Assembly: GCA_017853685.1 (NCBI GenBank)
Contig: JAFMJD010000001.1
Coordinates: 1 to 47,045, forward strand
Direction of reading: 5' to 3'
Length of the DNA: 47,045 bases
DNA from: Actinomycetota bacterium
GTDB lineage: Bacteria > Actinomycetota > Acidimicrobiia > Acidimicrobiales > Ilumatobacteraceae
The notes under the pieces are model-generated. The model did not search any database. It saw nothing but the letters and a program-made list of their open reading frames with translations, and was not told the origin of the DNA. Numbering within the stretch: the stretch's first letter is position 1; every line of letters begins with the position of its first letter. A program made the translations under genes and the position numbers. Shown here one piece after another: positions 1 to 9,359 of this stretch.

Positions 1-1056
1 GACGAGGTGTTCGTCTTCACTCCCAAGGGCAAGGTGGTGTCGCTTCCCACGGGCTCGACCCCCATCGACTTCGCCTACGCCGTGCACACCGAGGTGGGTC
101 ACGCATGCATCGGAGCGCGCGTCAACGGTCGACTTGCTCCACTGGATTACCACCTGCGTTCCGGGGAGACCTGCGAGATCTTCACCTCCAAAGTCGATGG
201 CGCCGGACCGTCACGGGACTGGATGCAGATCGTGGTGTCACCACGTGCGCGCCACAAGATCCGGCAATGGTTCTCGCGCGAGCGGCGCGACGACATGCTC
301 GAAGCTGGTCGCGAGGCGCTCACGAAGGAACTGCGTCGCATGGACCTGCCGGTGGCCCGCACCCTGGAGAGTCCTGCGCTCGCGAAGGAGGCCGAGGAGG
401 CCAACTACGGCGATACCGAGTCCTTGCTCGTGGGTATCGGCGAGGGACATGTGTCGCCACGCACCATCGCCCAGCGGCTGCAGCGCGCGCTCGGCGATGA
501 CACCGAGGAGTTCCTGCCCTCGACGGTCTCCAAGCCCCGCAGCGGACGTTCGGGGCGCAATCGCGTGGGCATTCACGTCGAGGGCTTCGACGACATGCTC
601 GTTCGTCTCTCGAAATGCTGTACGCCCGTCCCGGGCGACCCCATCCTCGGCTTTGTCACCCGGGGCAGAGGTGTGTCGGTGCATCGCTCCGACTGTGCGA
701 ACGCCGTTTCGCTCGCCGGCGGACAGGCCGCCCGGCTCATCGACGTGGAGTGGGACCGGGAATCGGCGAAGACCGAGTTCCGTGCAGCGGTCGAAGTGGT
801 TGCACTCGACCGCACGCGCCTGCTGCGTGACGTGGCGAACGCGTTGTCGGACCAGCACGTGAACATCGTGGCGTGCTCCACCCACACGGGATCCGACCGC
901 GTGGCCAAAATGCGCTTCGAGTTCGAGCTCGCTGACCCGTCGCATCTCGAGATGGTGCTGCGCACCATCAAGAAGATCGACGGGGTCTACGAGGCGTACC
1001 GGCAATTGCCCGGGGGCGGTAAGGCCGCTGCGTCGAACGCGAACGCTCGAGGCTGA
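1..1056 (+). CDS. rel: (p)ppGpp synthetase/hydrolase RelA/SpoT family, C-terminal part (5' end lies outside the window)
   Basis: The frame is open from base 1, so the GTG at 7 is internal. The translation shows a TGS domain (FTPKGKVVSLPTGSTPIDFAYAVHTEVG) and a C-terminal ACT-like domain (VEVVALDRTRLLRDVANALSDQHVNIV). Stop TGA at 1054-1056. Confidence 0.9.
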   Translation, partial: DEVFVFTPKGKVVSLPTGSTPIDFAYAVHTEVGHACIGARVNGRLAPLDYHLRSGETCEIFTSKVDGAGPSRDWMQIVVSPRARHKIRQWFSRERRDDMLEAGREALTKELRRMDLPVARTLESPALAKEAEEANYGDTESLLVGIGEGHVSPRTIAQRLQRALGDDTEEFLPSTVSKPRSGRSGRNRVGIHVEGFDDMLVRLSKCCTPVPGDPILGFVTRGRGVSVHRSDCANAVSLAGGQAARLIDVEWDRESAKTEFRAAVEVVALDRTRLLRDVANALSDQHVNIVACSTHTGSDRVAKMRFEFELADPSHLEMVLRTIKKIDGVYEAYRQLPGGGKAAASNANARG

Positions 1057-1107
1057 TTGGTCGAGGCTGGTCGGCATACGGTGAACGGGCCCGGGAGACG
1101 GGTTCGG

Positions 1108-1113
1108 TAGGAT
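1108..1113 (+). promoter_or_regulatory. candidate -10 hexamer TAGGAT, 8 nt upstream of the hisS GTG (leaderless-type arrangement)
   Basis: TAGGAT-cgtccacc-GTG(1122). It fits the actinobacterial TANNNT -10, and the spacer has no Shine-Dalgarno. Confidence 0.4.
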
Positions 1114-1121
1114 CGTCCACC

Positions 1122-2390
1122 GTGCCCGCGTTCCAGACCAGTCCGGGAACCCGCGACATCCTTGCGCCCGAGAGCGCGAGGTGGCGCAGGCTCGTGTCGG
1201 TGTTCGCCGACGTCGTGGAGGGTGCCGGCTTCGGTCAGATCATCCCGCCGATGTTCGAGGACCTCGGGGTGTTCCTCCGTCTGGGCGAGGCCACCGAAGT
1301 GGTCACCAAGGAGATGTACGACTTCGAGGACAAGGGTGGACGGCGCATTGCACTGCGCCCCGAGATGACCGCCGGCGTGGTGCGCGCGTTCGTGCAGCAC
1401 CGGCCAGTGACGCCGTGGAAGGCGTGGTACGCCGGACCGAACTTCCGCTACGAGAAGGCACAACAGGGTCGCTACCGCCAGTTCGACCAAGTGGGTGTCG
1501 AGGTGCTCGGAGTGGACGATCCACACCTCGATGCCGAGGTCATCGCGCTCGCGTGGGCCTTCTACGCGCGTCTCGGTCTGACGCGGGTGACATTGCTCGT
1601 GAACTCCCTCGGCGAACCGGACGACCGGGCGCGCTACGTGGACGCGTTGCGTGCGTATTTCACCGAGCGCGCCGCTGACCTGTCACCCGAGAGTCGCCAG
1701 ACCCTCGAACGCAATCCACTGCGCGTCCTGGACTCCAAGCGCGAGCAGGACCGCGTCATCGTGGGCGGCGCGCCCACGATCGCAAGTTTCTACTCCTCCG
1801 CAGCATCCGAGCACTTCACCCGGGTGTTGGCCGCACTCGACCGCCTCTCGGTGCCCTATGAGGTGCGCCCGTCGCTGGTGCGCGGTCTGGACTATTACCG
1901 CAAGACCACGTTCGAGTTCGTGGGCGGTGCACTCGACTCCTCGCAGAACGCAGTGGGCGGAGGCGGTCGCTACGACGGCTTGGCCGAGGATCTCGGCGGG
2001 CCGGCGACTCCCGGCGTGGGGTTCGCGCTCGGAGTCGATCGAACCCTGCTCGAATGCGACGCCGAGGGGGTGTTCGCGGCCGAGGACGGCGCGGTGTCGG
2101 TCTTTGTCGTGGACGTGAGCGGTGGACTCGAGGCATTGTCACTCGTCGCCGATCTGCGCGCTGCGGGTGTTTCTGCGGATCGCGCCTATGAGCAGCGGAG
2201 CATGAAGAGCCAGATGAAGGCGGCTGACCGCTCCGGTGCAAGGTTCGCCCTCATCGTCGGGGAGGACGAACTCCGAGCAGGTACCGTCGTAGTGCGACAA
2301 CTCGTGGGCCGCATCGGCGATGACCGCACCCAGAGTGTCGTGCCCCGATCCGAAGTCGTCCCCACCATCAAGCGAGCACTGCAATCATGA
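1122..2390 (+). CDS. hisS: histidine--tRNA ligase
   Basis: 422 aa. The N-terminus PGTRDILAPES and the sequence RYEKAQQGRYRQFDQVGVEVLG are typical class II HisRS motifs. GTG start. Confidence 0.95.
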   Translation: MPAFQTSPGTRDILAPESARWRRLVSVFADVVEGAGFGQIIPPMFEDLGVFLRLGEATEVVTKEMYDFEDKGGRRIALRPEMTAGVVRAFVQHRPVTPWKAWYAGPNFRYEKAQQGRYRQFDQVGVEVLGVDDPHLDAEVIALAWAFYARLGLTRVTLLVNSLGEPDDRARYVDALRAYFTERAADLSPESRQTLERNPLRVLDSKREQDRVIVGGAPTIASFYSSAASEHFTRVLAALDRLSVPYEVRPSLVRGLDYYRKTTFEFVGGALDSSQNAVGGGGRYDGLAEDLGGPATPGVGFALGVDRTLLECDAEGVFAAEDGAVSVFVVDVSGGLEALSLVADLRAAGVSADRAYEQRSMKSQMKAADRSGARFALIVGEDELRAGTVVVRQLVGRIGDDRTQSVVPRSEVVPTIKRALQS

Positions 2391-4132
2391 CCTCCACCGG
2401 AATGCGCACCCATCGGTGCGGAGATCTCCGTACCGACCACATCGGGACGACGGTGTCGATCTGTGGTTGGGTAGCTACCCGCCGCGAACACGGTGAACAC
2501 CTCGCCTTCATCGACGTCCGTGACTACACGGGAATCACTCAGGCCGTGGTGGACAACAGCGTGGATGTCCGTCCCGAGTACGTGGTTCGTGTGACGGGCA
2601 CGGTTGCCGCGCGGCCGGCCGAGAACGTGAATGAACGCATCTCCACCGGCGGCATCGAACTGCAGGACTGTCGGGTGGAAGTACTCAACGTTGCTGAGCC
2701 GCCTCCGTTCCCGATCAATGAACGAGCCGACCAAGTGGCCGAGAACACGCGGTTGCAGTATCGGTACCTCGATCTGCGACGTGAACGGATGCAGCGGAAT
2801 CTCCGTGTGCGCGCGGCGGTGAACTCTGCGGTTCGTCAGGCCATGGAGCGCCAGGGCTTCGTCGAGGTCGAGACACCCATGCTGGTGCCGTCGACCCCGG
2901 AGGGGGCTCGCGAGTTCATCGTGCCCTCCCGGAAGGAACCCGGATCCTTCTACGCGTTGCCGCAGTCACCACAGCTCTTCAAGCAGTTGCTGATGGTGGC
3001 CGGCGTGGATCGCTACTACCAGGTGGCGCGTTGTCTGCGTGACGAGGATCTGCGTGCCGACCGCCAGTACGAATTCATGCAGCTCGACGCCGAGATGAGC
3101 TTCGCCACCCAGGACGACGTGCTCGGTGCCATCTCCGAGGCGGTGCTCGATGCTGCTGAGGCCGTGACCGGCAACCGGCCGGATCCGATCGGGCGCATCA
3201 CCTGGCACGAGGCCATGAACCGTTTCGGCGTGGACAAACCCGATCTCCGCTTCGGCATGGAACTGGTGGAGCTCACCGAGGTGTTCGCGAGCACCGAGTT
3301 CAAGGCCTTTGCCGGTGCAGCGTGCATCAAGGGCATCAATGCGTCGGGCCGGGCGGAGGAATTCGGCCGGAACAAACTCGACGCCCTGACCGACCGCGCC
3401 AAGCAGATCGGCGCGAAAGGTCTGGTGTGGCTGAAGGTGGGTGGTGACGGCTCGCTCGACTCGCCGGTTGCCAAGTTCCTCACCGAGACCGAACAGGCTG
3501 CCGTGAAGCAACTCCTCGACGCCCGCCCGGGGGATCTGCTGCTCATCGTCGCCGATTCGTGGATGACCACGTGCGAGGTGCTCGGCCAGTTACGCAACGA
3601 CCTCGGTCGCCCGCCGGTGCACGAGGGGCCGTATCGCTACGTGTGGGTGGTGGACTTCCCGTTGTTCGTGAGCGTGGACGACACCACAGGGCGCCCCCGC
3701 CCCGGCCACCATCCGTTCTGCCATCCCAAGCCCGAAGATCTCGATCGACTCGAGACCGACCCCATGTCGGTGCGTGCGCAGGCGTATGACCTCGTGCTCA
3801 ACGGCTGGGAACTCGGCTCGGGCTCGATCCGTATCCACGAGGCTGCGCTGCAGCGACGTGTGTTCAACCTGCTCGGGATCTCCGACGAGGAAGCCGATCG
3901 GCGATTCGGTTTCTTCCTCACGCCGTTCCGCTACGGCGCACCGCCACACGGCGGCTTTGCGTTCGGCCTCGACCGACTCGTAGCCATCCTCGCCGGCGAG
4001 GAGAACATCCGCGAGGTCATCGCATTCCCGAAGACCCAGAGCGGTTCTGATCCCATGACCAATGCACCCACACCGGTCGAGCCCAAGCAACTCACCGAAC
4101 TCGGTGTGCGGGTGCTGCCCAAATCGAGTTAA
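2387..4132 (+). CDS. aspS: aspartate--tRNA ligase
   Basis: 581 aa. It has an OB-fold N-terminus, QSPQLFKQLLMVAG, FRDEDLRADRQ-like CLRDEDLRADRQYEFMQLD, and a C-terminal GGFAFGLDRLV motif. The ATGA overlap with the hisS stop suggests translational coupling. Confidence 0.95.
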   Translation: MTSTGMRTHRCGDLRTDHIGTTVSICGWVATRREHGEHLAFIDVRDYTGITQAVVDNSVDVRPEYVVRVTGTVAARPAENVNERISTGGIELQDCRVEVLNVAEPPPFPINERADQVAENTRLQYRYLDLRRERMQRNLRVRAAVNSAVRQAMERQGFVEVETPMLVPSTPEGAREFIVPSRKEPGSFYALPQSPQLFKQLLMVAGVDRYYQVARCLRDEDLRADRQYEFMQLDAEMSFATQDDVLGAISEAVLDAAEAVTGNRPDPIGRITWHEAMNRFGVDKPDLRFGMELVELTEVFASTEFKAFAGAACIKGINASGRAEEFGRNKLDALTDRAKQIGAKGLVWLKVGGDGSLDSPVAKFLTETEQAAVKQLLDARPGDLLLIVADSWMTTCEVLGQLRNDLGRPPVHEGPYRYVWVVDFPLFVSVDDTTGRPRPGHHPFCHPKPEDLDRLETDPMSVRAQAYDLVLNGWELGSGSIRIHEAALQRRVFNLLGISDEEADRRFGFFLTPFRYGAPPHGGFAFGLDRLVAILAGEENIREVIAFPKTQSGSDPMTNAPTPVEPKQLTELGVRVLPKSS

Positions 4133-4153
4133 CGGCGAGCGGCGGGCGATCCC

Positions 4154-5482
4154 ATGGAGCGAGGCCGCAGTGATCTGTTCAGTGCCGCAGCCGATGAGTT
4201 GCTCCGTTCGCGGGCGCCGCTAGCGGCGCGGATGCGGCCCAAGTCGCTCGACGACGTGGTGGGTCAGGATCATCTGCTCGGCGCCGGTCGACCCTTGCGT
4301 CGACTCGTGGAGTCCGATCGGCTCACATCCACGATCCTGTGGGGCCCGCCCGGTACCGGCAAGACCACCCTGGCTCTGGTGATCGCGCTGAGCACGCAGC
4401 GCGCCTTCGAGCAACTGTCCGCGGTGACGGCCGGCGTGAAAGACGTGCGCGAGGTGATCGAGCGAGCGCGGAGTCGCCTCGGCGAACAGGGGCGGCGAAC
4501 CATTCTGTTCCTCGACGAGGTACACCGCTTCAACACGGCGCAGCAGGATGCACTCCTGCCGTCTGTCGAGGACGGCACGATCACGCTCATCGGCGCCACC
4601 ACCGAGAACCCGTATTTCGAGGTGAACGCACCGCTGCGGAGCCGCTCTACGTTGTTCCGACTCGAGCCGCTCAGCGCGCAGGCGACCGAGGTGTTGATCC
4701 ATCGGGGACTCGATGTCGAGGGTTGTTCTGCGAGCGACGAGGCCATCGAGCACCTGGTGCAACGCGCCGTGGGCGATGGACGCCAGGTGCTCACGGCGCT
4801 CGAAGTGGCGTGTGCCTTGGCGCCCGATGGCGTCGTGGGGCTCGAGCACGTGGAGGCGGCACTCGGAACGTCTGCGTTGCGCTATGGCCGCGACGACCAC
4901 TACGACGTGGTGAGCGCGTTCATCAAGTCGATGCGGGGGAGCGACCCCGACGCAGCGGTGCACTGGCTGGCGCGGATGCTCGAAGCGGGCGAGGACGCCC
5001 GGTTCGTTGCCCGCCGCATGGTGATCTTCGCGAGTGAGGACGTCGGTCAGGCCGACCCGACAGCACTGCTCGTGGCGGTGGCCGCTGCCACTGCGGTGGA
5101 CCTCGTGGGCCTCCCCGAGGCGCAGTTGAACCTCGCGCAGGCCTGCATCCATCTCGCTCGTGCACCCAAGAGCAACCGATCGGCGGTGGCGATCTGGGAT
5201 GCACGCTCGGACGTGCGCAGCGGGGTGATCGGTGAGGTGCCGATGCACCTGCGTGACGCTCACTATTCGGGAGCTTCATCACTGGGCCACGGTGCGGGTT
5301 ACCAGTACCCTCATGATGCTCCCGGTGGTCGGGTCGAGCAGCAGTACCTGCCCGATGCGCTCATCGGGCGGACGTACTACGTGCCGAGCGGGCACGGGGA
5401 GGAGGCCAGTGTGAACACCGAGCTCAACACAGCGCCAAACCCCTCGGCCGCGTTCGAGTCTGGCGATCGAGGAACCGCATGA
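4154..5482 (+). CDS. rarA: replication-associated recombination protein A (AAA+ ATPase, MgsA/RarA)
   Basis: 442 aa. Walker A is GPPGTGKTT and Walker B is ILFLDEVHRFN. The C-terminal MgsA helical domain reads DAAVHWLARMLEAGEDARFVARRM. Confidence 0.9.
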   Translation: MERGRSDLFSAAADELLRSRAPLAARMRPKSLDDVVGQDHLLGAGRPLRRLVESDRLTSTILWGPPGTGKTTLALVIALSTQRAFEQLSAVTAGVKDVREVIERARSRLGEQGRRTILFLDEVHRFNTAQQDALLPSVEDGTITLIGATTENPYFEVNAPLRSRSTLFRLEPLSAQATEVLIHRGLDVEGCSASDEAIEHLVQRAVGDGRQVLTALEVACALAPDGVVGLEHVEAALGTSALRYGRDDHYDVVSAFIKSMRGSDPDAAVHWLARMLEAGEDARFVARRMVIFASEDVGQADPTALLVAVAAATAVDLVGLPEAQLNLAQACIHLARAPKSNRSAVAIWDARSDVRSGVIGEVPMHLRDAHYSGASSLGHGAGYQYPHDAPGGRVEQQYLPDALIGRTYYVPSGHGEEASVNTELNTAPNPSAAFESGDRGTA

Positions 5483-5901
5483 GCGCCGGCCAGCTTGCCG
5501 TGGTGCTTGCCGCCGTGCTGTGCTCGATCGGGTTTGCCGCGCTGGTAGTGGTCTTGATGCGAGTACTCGATGCCCTGCGCGTCGTCGAGCGTGAGATCGG
5601 TCGCCTTCGTGAGGACACGCGTCCGTTGTTGGACGAGTTGCGCGCCTCGGTGGGCGAGGCGCGGGCCTCGGTGGACCGGGCCCGCGAGGACCTCGAGCGC
5701 TTCGACCGGGTGTTGGGCTCGGCGGAGTCCATCACCGATGCGGTTTCGGGAAGTTCCCGCCTCGTGCGCGGGGCGCTCAGCACCCCGGTCATCAAGACCG
5801 TGGCATTCGCGAGCGGTACCGCGGAAGGTGTGCGCCGCCTTCGTCGCAAGGAACGTCGTGAGCAGCGCCGGTCACTCGGTCGGGGGGACACTCGCTCATG
5901 A
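5479..5901 (+). CDS. DUF948-like membrane-anchored coiled-coil protein
   Basis: 140 aa. An N-terminal TM helix (LAVVLAAVLCSIGFAALVVVL) is followed by a helical region rich in E/R/D. The ATGA overlap with the rarA stop suggests coupling. The family assignment is from memory of the DUF948 architecture. Confidence 0.65.
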   Translation: MSAGQLAVVLAAVLCSIGFAALVVVLMRVLDALRVVEREIGRLREDTRPLLDELRASVGEARASVDRAREDLERFDRVLGSAESITDAVSGSSRLVRGALSTPVIKTVAFASGTAEGVRRLRRKERREQRRSLGRGDTRS

Positions 5902-6221
5902 TGAAGCGGTTGACGTGGTTCACGAGCGGGGTGGTGGCTGGCATCGCGGCGATGCGGTACGGACGGCGCAAGGTCCGTCAGACGGCCGATGCGCTCCGTC
6001 CGGCGAATGTGGCGAAGGACGCAGTGGCAAAGGTGCGAGAGCGGGTCGACGAGGTCGTCGATGCGGCCCGTCAGGGGCGGGCAGCCATGCGCGAACGCGA
6101 GGACGAATTACGCGCTCGCACCGGTCTCGCCGCCGACATGAGCCGTCAGCCCGTCGAGCCGGGACGCGTGGTTCCGCTCCGGCCGCTCAAGGTTCCCCGT
6201 CCGGGGAGACGTCGGGCCTGA
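5898..6221 (+). CDS. small hypothetical protein with an N-terminal hydrophobic helix
   Basis: 107 aa. The sequence WFTSGVVAGIAAM is followed by a charged helical segment. The ATGA overlap with the upstream stop suggests coupling. No family recognised. Confidence 0.5.
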   Translation: MMKRLTWFTSGVVAGIAAMRYGRRKVRQTADALRPANVAKDAVAKVRERVDEVVDAARQGRAAMREREDELRARTGLAADMSRQPVEPGRVVPLRPLKVPRPGRRRA

Positions 6222-6229
6222 GGCTCGCG

Positions 6230-6246
6230 GGGTGCAAATTGCACCC
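6230..6246 (+). terminator. GC-rich hairpin (GGGTGCA-AAT-TGCACCC) after the rarA-DUF948-ORF unit, with no U-tract
   Basis: A perfect 7-bp stem with a 3-nt loop lies 9 nt after the TGA at 6219-6221 and 20 nt before the candidate alaS -10. Confidence 0.35.
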
Positions 6247-6266
6247 GACGGCGCGTGTCTCCTGCG

Positions 6267-6272
6267 TAGGCT
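6267..6272 (+). promoter_or_regulatory. candidate -10 hexamer TAGGCT, 9 nt upstream of the alaS ATG
   Basis: TAGGCT-ttcccactc-ATG(6282). The spacer has no SD. Confidence 0.4.
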
Positions 6273-6281
6273 TTCCCACTC

Positions 6282-8900
6282 ATGGCACGTACGACGATCC
6301 GCACCGCGAATGACCTCCGCACTGCGTGGTCCACCTTCTTCGCCGACAAGTCTCACTCGGTCGTGCCGTCGGCCAGTCTGATCCCGCACGATCCCACGGT
6401 GCTGTTCACCGTGGCCGGCATGGTGCCGTTCAAGTCGTACTTCACCGGTGACGAGGCCTCGCCGTACAAGCGGGCGGTCAGTGTCCAGAAATGCGCCCGG
6501 GCCGGGGGCAAGCACAACGACCTCGACGATGTGGGTCGCACCAAGCGGCACCTGGTGTTCTTCGAGATGCTCGGCAACTTCAGTTTCGGCGACTACTTCA
6601 AGTCCGAGGCGATTCCGTGGAGTTGGGAACTCGTCACCGAGGTGTTCGGGTTCGACGGTGACCGGATCTGGGTGACGGTGCACACCAGCGACGACGAAGC
6701 CGAGCAGATCTGGCACGACGTCGTGGGTGTTCCGATGAACCGGATCCAACGGTTGGGCGACAAGGACAACTTCTGGCAGATGGGCGACACCGGCCCGTGT
6801 GGGCCGTGTTCGGAACTCCACATCGACCGCGGTCCGGACTTCGGTCCCGACGGTGGGCCGCTGAACGATCCGCACGGCGATCGCTTCATGGAGTTCTGGA
6901 ACCTGGTGTTCATGCAGTTCAACCAGTCGGCCGACGGATCGCGTACGCCGCTGCCGAAGCCGTCGATCGACACGGGCGCGGGCTTGGAGCGCATTCTCAC
7001 CCTCATTCAGGGACAGGATGCGGTGTGGGAGACCGACCTGATGCGTCCGCTCATCGAGCAGGCATCGTCGCTCACCGGTAAGCGCTACATCATCGGCGAC
7101 TACGACGACCGCAACTCGTTCGGCCTCCGGGTGCTCGCAGAGCACGCGCGTTCGGGGGCGATGCTCGTGAACGATGGTGTTCTGCCGTCGAACGAGAACC
7201 GCGGATACGTCTTGCGGCGCATCCTGCGGCGCGCCGTCCGCTTCGCGTACCTCTTGGGCGCTGATCGCTTGGTGATGCCGTCGTTGGCAGAGACTGCCAT
7301 CACGGTGATGGGCGACGCGTACCCGGATCTCCTCACGAACCGTGACTTCATCCTGAACGTCATCACCCGTGAGGAGGAGACGTTCCGTCGCACCCTGAAG
7401 AACGGTCTGGCCATCCTCGACAAGGAACTCTCCGAGGGCGCCAGCACCATCAGTGGCTCGACGGCGTTCATGCTTCACGACACCTACGGGTTCCCGCTCG
7501 AGGTGACCACCGAGGTGACGGCGGAACGTGGTGTCGACGTGGACCTGGCTGGCTTCGACGTGGAGATGTCCAAGCAGCGCGAACGGGCCAAGCAAGCGCG
7601 ACGCACCGGCACCATGGACGAGGATCGACTCGAGCAGTACCGGGCAGTGATGGAACAGTTCGGCACTACGACGTTTGTGGGCTACGTCGACGACGAGTGC
7701 GAGTCGCGCGTGCTGGCAGTGCTGCCGATCGACGATGACGGTGGGGTCGAGGTCTTCCTCGACCGCACGCCGTTCTATGCCGAGAGTGGCGGTCAGGTAG
7801 GCGACGCAGGCGTCATCGTGACTCCCACCGGTTCACTGGCCGTCACCGACACCACCTTCGCCATCCCGGGCCTGCGGCGACATGTGGGTCGGGTCACGGA
7901 GGGTCATGTGGACGCCGGGCAAGTGGCGATGGCTCGTATCGACGCAGATCGCCGGGCCGCGATACGCAGGAACCACACCGGAACGCACGTTTTGCACTGG
8001 GCCCTGCGTGAGGTGTTGGGCGATCATGTGAAACAACAGGGATCCATGGTTGCGCCCGAGCGCCTTCGATTCGACTTCAGCCACTTCCAGGCTGTCACCG
8101 CAGACGAGATCGAAAAGATCGAGCGACTGGCCAATGCCGAGGTGCTCGCGAACGACCCGGTTCGCGCGTATGAGACCACCAAGGACGAAGCGGCTGCAAT
8201 GGGCGCCATCGCATTCTTCGGCGACAAGTACGGCGACATCGTGCGCGTGCTCGAGGCGGGACGCAACAGCATGGAGTTGTGCGGCGGTACGCACGTACGG
8301 GCCACGGGCGATATCGGCACCATCAAGATCGTGAGCGAGGGCTCGATTGCCTCGGGCGTTCGGCGTCTGGAGGCAGTCACGGGAGCGAGCAGCGTTGCCC
8401 TGCTGCAACAGGAGAGTCGGGCGCTGGCCGAGGCCGCGCGTCTGGTGGGCACGCGCACTGATGAAGTGGTGTCGGGGATTCAGCGCAAGCTCGATGAGAT
8501 CAAGTCGTTGCAGGACGAGATCAAGCAACTGCGATCGCAGGCCGCAGCGGGTCGTGCCAACGAGTTGGCCGGGCAGGCCACCGACGGTGCGCTCGTGGCG
8601 CGTGTGGACGGACTCGCTCAGGGTGATCTGCGTGAGCTCGCCCTCGCCGTACGGCAGGCCGGCGTGGATGCCGTGGTGCTCATCGGACTCACCGATACCG
8701 GGGGTGTGGCACTCGTGGCCGCCGTGAACAAGGCCTCCGGGGCCAACGCCGGCGACCTCGTGAAAGATGCGGCGCGGGCCGTCGGTGGCGGAGGTGGCGG
8801 TAAGGGCGACATCGCCGTGGCTGGCGGCAAGGACCCCACGGGCCTCGATGCCGCACTCGCTGCGGCTCGTACTGCGGTTGCTGCGCTGCGGGGCCGCTGA
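6282..8900 (+). CDS. alaS: alanine--tRNA ligase
   Basis: 872 aa. It shows FFEMLGNFSFGDYFK, the editing-domain HTGTHVLHWALR, CGGTHV, and a C-terminal DHHA1-like GGGGGKGDIAVAGG. Confidence 0.97.
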   Translation: MARTTIRTANDLRTAWSTFFADKSHSVVPSASLIPHDPTVLFTVAGMVPFKSYFTGDEASPYKRAVSVQKCARAGGKHNDLDDVGRTKRHLVFFEMLGNFSFGDYFKSEAIPWSWELVTEVFGFDGDRIWVTVHTSDDEAEQIWHDVVGVPMNRIQRLGDKDNFWQMGDTGPCGPCSELHIDRGPDFGPDGGPLNDPHGDRFMEFWNLVFMQFNQSADGSRTPLPKPSIDTGAGLERILTLIQGQDAVWETDLMRPLIEQASSLTGKRYIIGDYDDRNSFGLRVLAEHARSGAMLVNDGVLPSNENRGYVLRRILRRAVRFAYLLGADRLVMPSLAETAITVMGDAYPDLLTNRDFILNVITREEETFRRTLKNGLAILDKELSEGASTISGSTAFMLHDTYGFPLEVTTEVTAERGVDVDLAGFDVEMSKQRERAKQARRTGTMDEDRLEQYRAVMEQFGTTTFVGYVDDECESRVLAVLPIDDDGGVEVFLDRTPFYAESGGQVGDAGVIVTPTGSLAVTDTTFAIPGLRRHVGRVTEGHVDAGQVAMARIDADRRAAIRRNHTGTHVLHWALREVLGDHVKQQGSMVAPERLRFDFSHFQAVTADEIEKIERLANAEVLANDPVRAYETTKDEAAAMGAIAFFGDKYGDIVRVLEAGRNSMELCGGTHVRATGDIGTIKIVSEGSIASGVRRLEAVTGASSVALLQQESRALAEAARLVGTRTDEVVSGIQRKLDEIKSLQDEIKQLRSQAAAGRANELAGQATDGALVARVDGLAQGDLRELALAVRQAGVDAVVLIGLTDTGGVALVAAVNKASGANAGDLVKDAARAVGGGGGGKGDIAVAGGKDPTGLDAALAAARTAVAALRGR

Positions 8901-8903
8901 TCC

Positions 8904-9359
8904 GTGGCAGGCGCTCGGCTCCGGGTGATGGGACTCGACCTCGGGTCCAAACGCATCGGGGTTGCACTCTCGGACTCGTCGGCCACGATCGCCACACCGT
9001 TCATGGTGCTGACGCGTCAGGGACGGATCGCCGAGGATCACCGTGCGATTGCCCGCCTCGTTGCCGATGAAGAGGTGGACATCGTCGTGGTGGGCCTGCC
9101 GCTGAACATGGATGGCTCTGCGGGACCCGCAGCGCGGGCTGCCGTCGCCGAGGCAGAGGCCTTGGCTACGGTCGTCGCTGTGCCGGTGCAGACCTGGGAT
9201 GAGCGACTCACGACGGTCTCGGCCGATCAGGCGATGATGCAGGCCAAGATGCGCGCGCAGGCCCGTCGACGCGTGGTGGACAAAGTGGCCGCAGCCGTGA
9301 TGCTGCAGTCCTGGCTCGACCGCTACCGGGCGGACTACGTCGGACGCAGCGAGTCATGA
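8904..9359 (+). CDS. ruvX: Holliday junction resolvase-like protein RuvX (YqgF)
   Basis: The sequence MGLDLGSKRIGVALSD is the YqgF N-terminal signature. The start could be GTG 8904 or ATG 8928, and I cannot choose between them. Confidence 0.88.
   Translation: MAGARLRVMGLDLGSKRIGVALSDSSATIATPFMVLTRQGRIAEDHRAIARLVADEEVDIVVVGLPLNMDGSAGPAARAAVAEAEALATVVAVPVQTWDERLTTVSADQAMMQAKMRAQARRRVVDKVAAAVMLQSWLDRYRADYVGRSES

Noticed and set aside
1057-1121. T-box or other riboswitch leaders upstream of the aminoacyl-tRNA synthetase genes (hisS, aspS, alaS), and a SAM riboswitch upstream of metK.
   Set aside because: The spacers are 65, 0 (overlap), 60 and 20 nt. These are far too short for T-box (about 200 nt or more) or SAM-I (about 100 nt or more) elements, and no specifier or T-box sequence is visible.
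6108-7595. A 495-aa open frame antisense to alaS. Similar cases are 20476-21981 (antisense to pyrC), 30619-32007 (antisense to metK) and 40884-42188 (antisense to glcD).
   Set aside because: All lie opposite strongly supported genes and contain no recognisable domains. They have the same cause as the carB antisense frame.
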